Shown here: positions 51,001 to 64,000 of the stretch, piece after piece | Numbering within the stretch: the first letter of the stretch is position 1 | Layout of the letters: every line of letters begins with the position of its first letter | DNA from: Felis catus | Taxonomy: Eukaryota | Length of the DNA stretch: 64,000 bases | Assembly (NCBI RefSeq): GCF_018350175.1 | Contig: NC_058374.1 | Coordinates: 82,770,001-82,834,000, forward strand | Direction of reading: 5' to 3' | The notes under the pieces: model-generated | Seen by the model: the letters and a program-made list of their open reading frames with translations, nothing else | The model's database searches: none | What the model was told of the DNA's origin: nothing | Program-made: the position numbers and the translations under genes

Positions 51001-52631
51001 GGACCAATCTAAGTGACAAAGACATTGATAATAAATACTATCTTATGTTTAATGCTTCACAAAGTACTTTTGTAAACTCTACCTCATTTTGCCCTCACAA
51101 TGACCTTGCTGAATAGATAATGGTTCAGTTGGTTAGAACAGTTTCGGGTCAGGGATGTGAGTCCGATCCTCCACTGGCCAGCTGGTTTTCTTATGTTCCA
51201 TATTCAAGTCTTAATCTCTACCAGCCACCATCTGGGAAATGTGCACTGTGGGTCACAGGCTGGAATAGAGAGAATGTGAAACTCATTCCCCCCTTGGCTC
51301 CTATGACATCATTCACTACTGGTTTCGCTCCTGACTCTTACCTCATACCTCCTCTTTATGTGCTTCCCTTCAGACCACTCTTGAACCATGGCTATTCCCA
51401 GTCCACTATTTTCTCACTAGCCATTTTAGGTAATCTCATCCGCTCTCAAGGTTTTAACCATCAGTCTTCTAACTGATGGATCCTAACTCCCTCTTCTAGC
51501 CCAGACCACTGCCTCAAGCTTCACACTTACATATCCAAATATCTACTAAACATCTCTTTAGATATTCCACGAAAACCCAAACTCATTACATTCTAAATTA
51601 AATTTGTCATTTTACCTCATTTCAATTCTTCTTCTAACTGTATTCTTTATGGAACCATGATCTATCCAAAGGACTAAGTCACTGGTAGTAACTTGTCTTG
51701 TTTACTTCCTAAGTATTTCCCAAATCTGTTCTACATGTCTACAGTGCTTCATTCAGGCTTTCATATTCTATGTGAACTGCTACAATAACCTACAATCTAA
51801 GCCGATCCCACTGAGTCCTGCCATGTTCCCCCTTAAATGAAACTCTATACTGCTACTTCAGCATTCTAAGATGCAAACCTAACCTTATCATTCTGGATAA
51901 AAACTGTCAGTGGTGTGAAAGATCAAGTCCAAGCTCTTTTAACATAGCATATGAGGTTTTCTAGAATGTTCTCCTCCCAGATATCTGCATGGCTTCCTCT
52001 CTCCCTTCTAGACGACTTAGAATGGACATCCTGGTCTGCATCCAAGTCTCTACTCAAGTGTGACATTATCAGAGAGACTTTCCCTGACCAATTATCTAAA
52101 ACAGCAACACCTCCCACCCTTCATTACCTTAACCCCCTTACTCCACTTTATTTTCCTTAAGGATACTAAACACCTAATATATTATAAATGTATTTTTGTT
52201 GCCTTTTTAAATGCTTATTCCCAATCTAGACCGTAGAGCAAGGTGTGGCACCTAACAGGTGCTCAAAAAACACTAGTTGAATGAAGTAATGTCTAACTTT
52301 TCAGACTTATCTTCCAGAGCAGTAAACCCTAATTGCTTGTAGTTCCTGTAATCTGTAATCACACTGTATGGTATCTTGGAAATCTTTATCCTGTTGCTTT
52401 TGCCAAGACAGCATTTTCCCCTCTTCTTCACCTGACTCCTACTCACCTCTCAAGAACTCACTTCAGGTGTCACTTCCTTCTGGAGGGCCTCTAACCCTTC
52501 TGCACCCAGTAAATATTTTTACACTGGCACTTAGTAGTTTATATCTTAAACTCATAATTAGTTTATATCTTAAATTCATAATTAATAAGTAAAACAGTTT
52601 AGTTTCTTCTAAAGTACCATGAAGTTATCTG

Positions 52632-52683
<52 letters not shown>

Positions 52684-53832
52684 TTCTCATTGTTCTGTAA
52701 ATTCCTTGAGGGCAAGAATTATGTTTTATTCAGTTTTATTCCCTGGGCCTACCATAGCAGTAGACCCTACCTACTGAAATGAATGTATTATCAAAAAAGT
52801 ACATTCTTTCTAATGAAAAAAGCACAATTCATGCCCTATGGAAGGAAAATTAGTAAACCAAGAATGTTATTTCTTACAAAATCTTTGAGCTCTCTAGCAT
52901 ACTGGCAATATAGATACACATTAAAAAACATTAATATTGGGGTGCTTGAATGGCTCAATCAGTTGAGCATCTGACTCTTGATTTTGGCTCAGGTCATGAT
53001 CCCAGGGTTGTGGGATCAAGCCCATGTCGGGCTCTGTGCTGAGCATGGAGACTGCTTAAGATCTCTCTCCCTCTGCCCCTCTCACCTGCTTATGCGCTCT
53101 AAAATAAAAATAAAAAAGAGTTAACACTGACAACTGCTCTCAGAGAGATTAAAATCAGCCAAAGAAGACAGAATGATTCCATGTAAGATATGCAGAAACA
53201 TGTGTTAAACATTCTATAGTTATAAAAATGGAAACAGAAGAAGGGCATTAGAGATTGGATTTGGACACTACAGACTAACTGATGGGTACAGTTATCAAGG
53301 TTAATCAAAGCTTAGAATGGGCAAATTGTGGTAGAAATGGGATGACTTCTGAAAAAGAACACGTATGTAACTTCTTCCTGGATCATATGGATCCTTCCAC
53401 TCCCTTCCTACTGATTTGACAGAGACCTAACTAACTCTCACCACCTCAACTCAGTTCTGGCTCCCAGTAAAGCAGCTGCCCTTGGGCTAAAACCAGATAA
53501 AATACCTCCAACATCTCCTTTCAGCCCTTACAAAGGGGTACAGTTCTTACCCCGTGGCTTCCCACCCACAGCATCTCCTCGTGCAAGTCAAAGTGGGAGA
53601 CGGAGACAGGCACACCCACTTCAGCCACCACACTGTGCAATTCAGAGTAGACACCTTCCATTATGTGCACTGACTCCTGGACAGGAAGAGCCTCCAAGGC
53701 CACCCCCTCCGGATCCAGCTCCACATTCTGTAGCAGACTTGGGTTCAGGTGGGCATCCAGGACAGGGTCCAGGGCAGAATGCATGGCCGGGGCATACTCT
53801 GCCAGTCCAGGGTCCAGACCCTCGAAGTTCAT
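42001..53832 (-). CDS. PAN2: PAN2-PAN3 deadenylase catalytic subunit (WD40 + pseudo-USP + DEDD exonuclease), up to 1202 aa
   Basis: Coding exons: 53551-53832 ([13 protein letters not shown]), 50686-50855, 50452-50572, 50212-50289, 49561-49828, 48875-49217, 48583-48679, 47620-47739, 47284-47403 ([12 protein letters not shown]), 46883-47011, 46556-46755, 46299-46447, 46068-46174, 45780-45878, 45589-45662, 45337-45484, [one exon in gap 44877-45096], 44704-44763, 44388-44478, 43636-43793 (VGLDAEFV), 43393-43536, 43072-43251 (VGHGLQKDF), 42851-42944, 42377-42574 (HDSIEDA), 42001-42035 (...FSSVLAL*). Sum is 3609 nt if the hidden exon is 144 nt. Confidence 0.97.
44877..45096. other. Assembly gap (220 N) over a PAN2 coding exon
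   Basis: On the - strand the acceptor ...cctctatcccca is cut at the gap edge. Confidence 0.95.
51290..52290. mobile_element. Ancient L2 fragments in PAN2 intron
   Basis: L2-like motifs (ctagaatgttctcctcccagatatctgcatggct; ttccctgacca; tggcacctaacaggtgctcaa...gttgaatgaa). Boundaries approximate. Confidence 0.55.
52535..52685. repeat. 24-nt tandem duplication plus (TA)n and poly-T
   Basis: TAGTTTATATCTTAAAYTCATAAT twice (52535-52582); (TA)n and T-run about 52634-52685. Confidence 0.85.
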
Positions 53833-54599
53833 GACGACGACGGCAGATTAGACCCGTGTCACACCCTCCCTTGCAACGGCCCTTTAAGATGTCTGACCCA
53901 GCCTTCAGCAGGATAGCACCAGTGGGCCTAGAATGGACATCCTGGCCTGCAAAGGGAAAGAGGTAGCTGAGTCAGTGATAGGTAGGCCCAGGTACTTGTA
54001 TTTAGTGTGTTCTAGATTATATGTGCAGAAGGGAAATGAGGCAGGGAGATGTGAGAATGCCAGGCAGGAGATGAAGCAGGCAGGAAGGGGATACGCAGTA
54101 GGGTAGAGGCGGAAGTGTTGTCCCTTTTTCTCCTCTAGGCCCTCTGTCTCCCCACCACCCCACTATCTAACCTAAAACATGACTTCCTTTTCATCTCCCT
54201 TCAGGCCTGCCCACTTGCCTGGTTCACCCCAGAACCATCAGTGAAAAGAGCAGCGACTGTGGGACAGGAGTTAAGGAAAGGGGCTAAGATGCTTGTTTCC
54301 CAAAATTAAGGATGGGGGGAGGCGAAGTGGGAGGTGAGAGTAAGAAGTCGTTTCCCAGAATCCCCTGCAATGTTACCCAGGATTCTCCAGGGAAAAATAA
54401 TAATGTCCAGCTACCCACAATTGGGGCGGGAATGGGGGGACATGATGAAAATGGCTAGTTACCCACAATTCTCTAGGGGAACCAGAGAAATCAATTACCC
54501 AGAATTCTCCCCCGGCGGAGGGGAGGGGAGGGCTTAGGGCAGGGGTCAGATGTGTTCTTGGGATGCTTATGGGGATTGGGTCATTACCAAGATTTCTCC

Positions 54600-54900
54600 A
54601 TGGCGGATATTTTGGAGCGCGTGGAATTAAAACGAGTAGGGGGAGAGCAAGCGCCGTCAGCTCCGCGGGAAATTCCAGTTTCCCCAATTCTCCCCCGCGC
54701 CTGAAGCTCAACCAAACCCTACGGCGGAAAGGACGGCGGGCTCCCAGTCAGAGCTTCCAATCAGGAAGGGTTTGGAGCTCACCTAAGCCAATCAGAAGGA
54801 GCCAGGTACAGACGGCTCCGCGAGAAGACGCGTGACGCGGGTATTGGGCAAAAATAAGGTTACGGGCCGCCAATGGGGACAAACGGTGTCAGATCCTGGC
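54600..54900. promoter_or_regulatory. PAN2 CpG promoter, probably bidirectional
   Basis: Four CCAAT boxes in both orientations (54757, 54788, 54843, 54869), kB site GGGAAATTCC 54667-54676, CpG-rich. Confidence 0.7.
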
Positions 54901-55955
54901 CGCATTTGGTGTCGTGGAACGTAACTCCTTCTCTTTTAAGCTTTCTCTGAACAAAACTGGAGAAGTCGCTTGGAAACCGAACTTTAATGCTCTCTGTAAC
55001 TTTAGAAGTTCTAGAATAAGGGATGCCCAAGGTAAAGCACTGGGAATCGATTGCTGGGTATTCCCAGCCTATTCCAGTCCACCCCCTCCACCTGCGGTGC
55101 TCTTGTGAGCCACTCCGCCACCTCTCACCCTGTTGCCCCCGAAACTCGCCGGCATTTCCTATCATTTCCAGGCATGGGAGAGAAAAAAGGAAGCGGGAGC
55201 CACGTTCCAAACACGGCCCAACTAGCTGCCTCTTCTACGATTCTGTAGGCATCCATCTGAAACTCCCATCTGTGATTATCTACTCCCCAGATGCTCCGGT
55301 AATAGTCCCGTGGAGCGAGACCCCTCAGCTATCAAATTCCCCTAGCTCTTGAAGCTCGACGTTATCCCTCAGAAGGGAATGAGCACGGCAAATTGGGACA
55401 TTTGCTTACCCCCAAACTCTTACAGATTTAGCGTCAACAGTTATTTTTAGCGATTCTTGGGGTCTGATTGTTTTGGAATGGGGCCAGGTTGCGAGATGTC
55501 ACCAGGGCAATTAGCTCAGTTTCTAACGGCCATACAGAGGGCCTTTTTGATGGCAGGAATTTCTCACGGAGGATACAGTGTTAAAGCATTTCTCTCTGCC
55601 TCAATAAAGCCTGCTGAATAACACTGTAATAAAAGGACTCCAGAATTTAGACTTACAGGACTCACAGGGGTCCTGGAGTCCACCAGAAGTCAAACGGAGA
55701 GAAAAACACCGTAACTCAGTGGGTCTCTCAAATTGATCTGACTTCACAGGTCCCTAGATTTAAAATCCTGGGAAAAGATGGGTGCTGAGAGACTAGACAG
55801 TTTGTAAACTTTGAGAAATTTCCATATTGAGGTTGAGAAAGACTTCACAGACCTATGAGAATTACTGGGCCTGAGATACCTGGGCTAAATCAGCTACTTT
55901 ATAGATAGTTTGTGTCCTGTCCAATATAATGGAATGATTGAGAAAGCAGGATCTG

Positions 55956-56160
55956 GGGGTGCCTGGGTGGCTCAGTTGGTTAAGTGTCATCAGGCTTCCA
56001 CTCAGGTCATGATCTCCCTGTTGGTAAGTTCAAGCCCCGTGTTTGGCTCTGTGCTGACAGCTCTGAGCCTGGGGTCTGCTTCAGCTTCTGTGTCTCCCTC
56101 TCTCTCTGCCCCTCTCCCCCCTCTAAAAAATAAACATTTAAAAAAAATAATAAAATAAAA
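55956..56160 (+). mobile_element. CanSINE
   Basis: TSD GAGAAAGCAGGATCTG. Confidence 0.85.
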
Positions 56161-58023
56161 GAGAGAAAGAGAGAGAGAAAGCAGGATCTGAAGCCAGATT
56201 TTCTGTCCTGGAATTCTGGCCATTCAGTTCTGTGATCTTGGGTAAGTTACTTAGCTCTGTTTCCTCATCTGTAGTATAGGGATAATAACAACTCACAACC
56301 AACTCACTGGGTTGTTGTGAGAATTAAATGGGTTAATACATAAAAAGTGCTTAGACCAAGTACTTGGCATAAAGTGAGAGTTGGATATATGTTAGCCATC
56401 ATTATTAACTATGTAAGGGAATTTCAACTGGATTTGGAGTCTGGGCATCCAACTGGAAAGGCCTGCTTAGGAGTGTCTTGTGAATGTGATTTGCATAACG
56501 GTTGAGGCCCTGTTGACGTCAAGGGGTCACTGCAGTTCCAGGTCAGATCTAGTCCTGGAAGTAGTTCCTGCCACAGAACAGTCCCACAATCACCCCACCA
56601 ACCTTGCTTCCTACCCAACTCTCGAAGCACCAGGAAGTGAAACAAAGCAGCAGAGCCCCGTGCCTCCAACTCACCCTTGTCTCTCTCATCCCATCCCCCA
56701 ACACTCCACTTCCTTCTTCTTTTACCTTTCATCTCCTATCCTTTAGGCCCCCAGAATGAGGCCAGAGATGGAAAAGCACAACAGACATTAAACACAAGTG
56801 AGGTGAGCTCCCCTCCTTCCTTCTTCCATTTGTGTACACCATATGTAGAGAGAGGCAAACCATTTCCCACTCAGACTGAGATAACCTATCCGATGCTGGA
56901 AACATTTTATCCAAAGGTAGATTTACCACAGAGTCATAATATTTGAATCAAAAGTTTCACTGGGAAGTTTTGAATAGTTCTAAGGGAAGGGAGGCCTCTA
57001 TCAAGGGTAAGTTTCTCAGAGAAGAAGAGTCAACCTCTTGGGAAGGCTTTAAGGACCATCTGTGTGGTCAGCCATGTCCTCATTCTGACGTCCAAATTGT
57101 TCTGGGACCCTCCACTGGGGTTGGGGCAGTCCCAGATTTGGACCACCCCCCACTCCCACGCCCAACCTCACAGTCTCAGCTGTCTCACTGAATGTTGCAT
57201 CAGGGAGAGTGATGAAATCAGTGTCAGCGGATTTTACCCATGGATGCAACAGGCTGAAGGACTGGTCAGGGTCATTGACACAGTGCACCTTCAACTCCCC
57301 AGAATTCCTGGACTTCCTAGCTGTGGGGTAGGGACTGGGTGCTGGAATATCTAAATTTGACTTGTAGTCCTTGCTTAAACTTGTATCCCAAAAGAACCAC
57401 CACCTGAACCCCACAGATCCTATGAAACGTTGGGCCACTAAGGTTGAGGAATTAGATGATTCTTAGCAGCAAATCTCTCCCTCCAAGAACCCTTCTAGCC
57501 TCCACAGTGAGGTCTGAAGTGGGAGCAGTAATACTTTATACGGCATTATATGGCTTCCTAGTTCACAAAGTGCCTTCGCATCCATTCTTTCCCAGTGAAA
57601 ATAATTGTTGCCAAGGGAGAAAAAAGAAGCCCCCTTGTTCTTAGATAGAGGGCCCCAGAAGGGAACCAAACTTCATTCCAAACTGAATGGAATCTCGCTA
57701 TCCTATTGGGAAATAAAATGAATGGTTGCATTTTGGCTTTTCCTCAGGCAGGAAAAGGTAAGGAAGTTAGGTGGGGTGTGGAGGGAATTAAGCTTTGAGA
57801 GGCCAAAAAGTGAGGGAAAGATTGAACAGGAAGAAACTTGAGACTAGATTCATTTAAATATTCATTCCTCCCACCCCCACCCCCTCTACAGCCATTTCGA
57901 TTCATGGAGAGCATTACACATATGCCCCATCCCAGGCCTCCAGCCACAGCAACCACACGTCTCATTTCCCTTGGAACTGAGGCTGCATACCTGGGCTCTC
58001 CACAGAGGGGGATGATGCAGGGA

Positions 58024-58062
58024 GGGGAATCCCACCTGCTGTGAGTCACCTGCTAGTATAAA
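58024..58062 (+). promoter_or_regulatory. IL23A proximal promoter: NF-kB, AP-1, TATA
   Basis: GGGGAATCCC 58024-58033, TGAGTCA 58042-58048, TATAAA 58057-58062. Confidence 0.85.
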
Positions 58063-58270
58063 GGGCGGGCCTTACAATGCAAGGACCTTAAAAAGAGACT
58101 CAGACAAGGGGAGAAAAACAGCAGGAAGCAGCTCAGAAACTCAGTGAACAACAGAAGGAAGCAACAAAGAACGCAGAGCATCAGGCTCAGAGCAAAGGGA
58201 AGTGGGCAGAGATTCCACAGGGACTGGTGTGAGGCACAGGGCCAGCCAGATTTGAGAAGCAGGCGACAAG

Positions 58271-59698
58271 ATGCTGGGGAGCAGCAGGGCTATGCTGCTG
58301 CTGCTGCTGCTCCTGCTGCCACCGCTGCCCTGGACTGCTCAGACCCGGGCTGTGCCTGAGGGCAGTAGCCCTGCCTGGGCTCTGGGCCAGCAGCTCTCAC
58401 AGAAGCTCTGCACGCTGGCCTGGAGTGCACATCCTCCAACGGGACATGTGGTAAGTAGCAGGCTCTGGCACCAAAAGGGAGCCTGTCCAAGGTCTCCAAG
58501 GCTGCAGAGGAAGACTCTGGCTTTGGATAGAAGCTGGAGGGTTGAAGGTCCTCAAAGAGTGGACCTTAAAGAGGACAGGGAGTGGGGTTCCTAGGAGAGT
58601 CATGGGCCTGGGGTACTGGTGGAGTTTGAAAGTGCTTCTCTTATCTCTTCACTCTTCCCACCCCTTCCTCCATTCCAGGACCTACCAAGAGAACAGGGAG
58701 ATGACGAGACTACAGATGACGTCCCCCACATCCAGTGTGGAGATGGCTGTGATCCCCAAGGACTCAGAGACAACAGTCAGGTAGTAAGATGAGGCTGGAC
58801 TACAAGGAAGAGGGACTGGGACATTGTTGGGTACCATGGAGAATTAGTAAAAGTTGTATCTGTCCTTGTCCATTTGGCTTGTTATAACAAATACCATAGA
58901 TTGGGTGACTTATAAACATCAAAAATTTAGTTCTCACTGTTCTGGAGTCTGGAAGTTGGATATCAGGGTGTCAGTATGGTCAGGTGAGGGTCCTCTTCCA
59001 GGTTGCAGGCTTCTCATTGTTACCTTTATATGGCAGAAGGGCCTTGGGAGTTCATGGGTCTCTTTTAGAAGTTCCTGAAGGCTCCGCCCTCATGACATCA
59101 TCACCTTGTGAAGGCCCTACCTCTTGGTACAATCACATTGGAGGGTTAGGATTCAACATATGGATTTTGTGAGGACACAAACATTCAGACCATGGCAGTG
59201 TCTAAGAATGTCAAAGAACCGGGTGGGTCTTTGGTAATGGAATAGGAGGGTATTGGTTAGCTCTCACTGCTTTCTTTTCCCCCAGTTCTGCTTACAAAGG
59301 ATCCACCAGGGCCTGGTTTTTTATGAGAAGCTGCTGGGCTCAGACATTTTCACAGGGGAGCCCTCTCTACTCCCTGATAGCCCAGTGGGCCAGCTTCACG
59401 CCTCCCTCCTGGGCCTTAGGCAACTCTTACAGGTATGAACAAGGGGCCTGAAGAATGGGGGCTTGCAGGTATCAGAGACAGGAACTTGAGGGTAAAGGTT
59501 CTAGAGTCTCTCTGATTGTGTCCTATGTCCTTTCAGCCTGACGGTCAACACTGGGAGACTGAGCAAACTCCAAACCCCAGTCCTAACCAGCCATGGCAAC
59601 GCCTCCTTCTCCGCTTCAAGATCCTCCGCAGCCTTCAGGCCTTTGTGGCTGTAGCTGCCAGGGTCTTTGCCCATGGAGCAGCAACCCTGAGCCCCTAA
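58271..59698 (+). CDS. IL23A: Interleukin-23 subunit alpha (p19), 196 aa
   Basis: Exons 58271-58450, 58679-58780 ([20 protein letters not shown]), 59286-59432 ([26 protein letters not shown]), 59537-59698 ([34 protein letters not shown]); total 591 nt. Confidence 0.98.
58861..59197 (-). mobile_element. MaLR solo LTR (MLT1A-like) in IL23A intron 2
   Basis: TG...CA ends, MLT1A-like sequence (ataccatagattgggtgacttataaaca...cacaaacattcagaccatggca), 5-bp TSD GTATC/GTGTC. Confidence 0.85.
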
Positions 59699-59844
59699 AG
59701 CCAAAAGCTTAAGCATGGCACCCAGATCTCCATGGCTCAGCAGTGCAAAAATGAATCAGCCCAGGAACCTGTGAGCCAACAAGTGAATTAGTCCATTAAT
59801 TCTAATGGAACTTGAAAATGTTGAAAAATTACCAACACTGACTA

Positions 59845-59983
59845 ATTTATGATACTGACCTAGGACAAAGTTGAGTATTTATTAACTAGAAAGGGAACAC
59901 TTGAGATTATTTATCCTCATGGCAGCAGTTTGGGGAGGATTATTTATTATATTTATACTGAATTATGTACTTTTTTCAATAAA
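59845..59983 (+). promoter_or_regulatory. IL23A 3' UTR AU-rich elements and polyA signal
   Basis: ATTTA at 59845, 59877, 59909, 59942, 59951; AATAAA 59978-59983. Confidence 0.8.
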
Positions 59984-60863
59984 GACTTATTTATGTGAAT
60001 GATTTCTAGGCTTGGTTGGAAAAAAAGCAATATAGGGCTAAAGGACTACAATTTGCATCCTTCTACTCTGCAGGGCTCCAGTGGAGAGGGATATTTCCTC
60101 ATGCGCCCCTAGTGTATAGATAGAGTAACTAGGATCTTTTTGGTCTGGATCCCTGTATCGCTAAACAAGCTGAATGGATTACAAAGGATTGAAATTAGGA
60201 AGTTGGGCCCCTAAATGTGGCTCCTTTTACTGCCTGACCTTATTACTCCTTACTTTCTTGGCCAAGAATATATTTGGCCAAAGACAGGAGTCCCAATCAC
60301 TGCAGGATCAAAAGTCAGAGCTGCTTTGACCAGGAAAGGCATTCCGGGAAGATGGCAGTAAATCCCCTAAATTAATGGGATTCTCCCTTTATGGACATCT
60401 GTGGACCCCATCAGAGGGTTTGACTACCCAAGGGGAGATAAACTACTTTTGAAACAAAGAGAAGGGGAAGGGGTTAATATGATCACTTCTCTTCCTTTTC
60501 TCCATAGTCACAACGTTAAAAAGGTATGGGTTTTGGAGTCAAACAGACCCAGGTTTATATATTGGCTTTGTCACCAATCAGCTAAGTGACAATGGGCTAG
60601 TTACAGAACTGCTCACCACACCCCCCAACTCATATATAGCTCACAGCCCCCCTGGAAGAATCTAAGGGACAGGAAAGGCTGTTCTAAACATGGAGGTAAG
60701 AAGTAAAACATGACAGAAGGGGCCTACTGGGGTGGGTGGAAGACAGGCCATGATTTGCTGATCTTGGTCCTACATGGCCTGCTGGTGTCTCCAAGGACAT
60801 CAGTCTTTGTGAGCAGAAAAGAAAAGAAGCTCAGAGACAAAACACTTCCAAGTCAGCACAAAG

Positions 60864-60869
60864 TTTATT
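60864..60869 (-). terminator. STAT2 polyadenylation signal AATAAA
   Basis: TTTATT on + strand about 1.16 kb downstream of the STAT2 stop. Confidence 0.6.
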
Positions 60870-62032
60870 AGCCACTTCTGCTCAGAAGGGCCTCTTTCTA
60901 AACAAGACTATTCCTCTAAAATATAAGCCAGAAAACAGCTACATGTACAGGGCCTCACTTTCATTACATCTCAAGTTATTCTGGAAACACATTTTAGAGC
61001 AATGGGGTTCCCTGAGAATAACTATGGCGTGAGGTTGTCTGGAGCCCCGTGATAAATATTCAAGGTTCTAAGTCCCAGGAACCCAGTTTTTGCCCAGGTC
61101 TACACCCAAGGAATAGAAACTCTCAGATCAACAATATATTGTACAAAAAGAAGGGATGGTTATCTTAATAGAGAAATATCTAAGATATTTCTAAATATCT
61201 AAATATCCAGGGCATCTCTTCCTCTGTAAAAATACCAGACTCTATGTAACACTATAAAAAGTGATTCCTAAATTCCCAGCAACTCTACCATCCCTGGCCT
61301 CCAAAAGTGATTTGTCTCCTAAGCAGTGAGGAAGTGGAGACCGGACAGAGTAAAATGATTGTGCAAAGCTTCACAGGCGTATTAGATTGGCAGGATCATT
61401 TTAAGGGGAGGAACGGGTGGGGCAGCTTGGGGGTACAGGAGAGGAGACCGGTAAGAAAATGAGGTCTACCTCCTATTCCTTTCTTCACATGGTGGGCTAA
61501 TGCAGAAAGGTCTCAGTCTCTGCAGGAAACAAAGGAATTTAGGACTTAAATCAGGAATGAAAGGAAGAAGGAAGGAAAAGGTTATTTTAGACATGAGGAA
61601 ACCAGAAGAGAGAAATGGAATCCTATCACCTGTCTCTGTTCCCTACTGATGGCCAATGCTAGTGGGCACCACCACATTAGTCTTACCAACTATTCAAATG
61701 TTGACATCCTTCCATACTGGAAAGCAGCCATTCCAAGTGTCTTGCCCTCCAAGTACCTCCTAAATGTCCTGCCCTACCCTCAGAACCCCTATACCTCCCA
61801 AAACAGCAGATGGCCTCAAAGATCCTAGTTAGAGCTATGGCCAACATCTATTCTGACTCATTAGTGCCCCTTCCTTACCCACAGTATGCTTTTACTTCCC
61901 ACTCCAAAACCCAGGGTTAACTTAACCAGCTAAGAACGGGTACATGCTTGATTTTCCATCCTTGGAGAGCACAGCATGATGTGAGGGGTAGGAGGGACAA
62001 AAGATACAGGAAGAACAGAGGAAATGTAATTC

Positions 62033-64000
<1,968 letters not shown>

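Noticed and set aside
60103-60116. CTCF-like GCGCCCCTAGTGT
   Set aside because: One base short in the core relative to consensus.

Overview
Eukaryotic (mammalian, felid) genomic DNA, not prokaryotic: dozens of carnivore CanSINEs are present, including young Felidae-type SINEC_Fc copies. The window is the conserved COQ10A(+) / CS(-) / CNPY2(-) / PAN2(-) / IL23A(+) / STAT2(-, 3' end only) block. I traced exons by GT-AG boundaries and reading phase: CS 466 aa, CNPY2 182 aa, PAN2 1202 aa, IL23A 196 aa (CS and PAN2 totals assume orthologous lengths for exon parts hidden in gaps). Four N gaps occur; three hide coding exons and one lies between inverted SINEs. No CRISPR, rRNA or bona fide tRNA genes were seen, and I see no new multi-gene system. 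The best leads are RNA-level or regulatory: a CNPY2-to-CS read-through architecture, a potential stop-less CS exon 2-6 circle flanked by inverted young SINEs, a 23-nt copy of the PAN2 exon-2 acceptor inside an L2 remnant, a conserved short CNPY2 isoform, a candidate upstream IL23A exon, and several dense motif clusters. All comparisons to orthologs and repeat consensi are from memory and need alignment to confirm.
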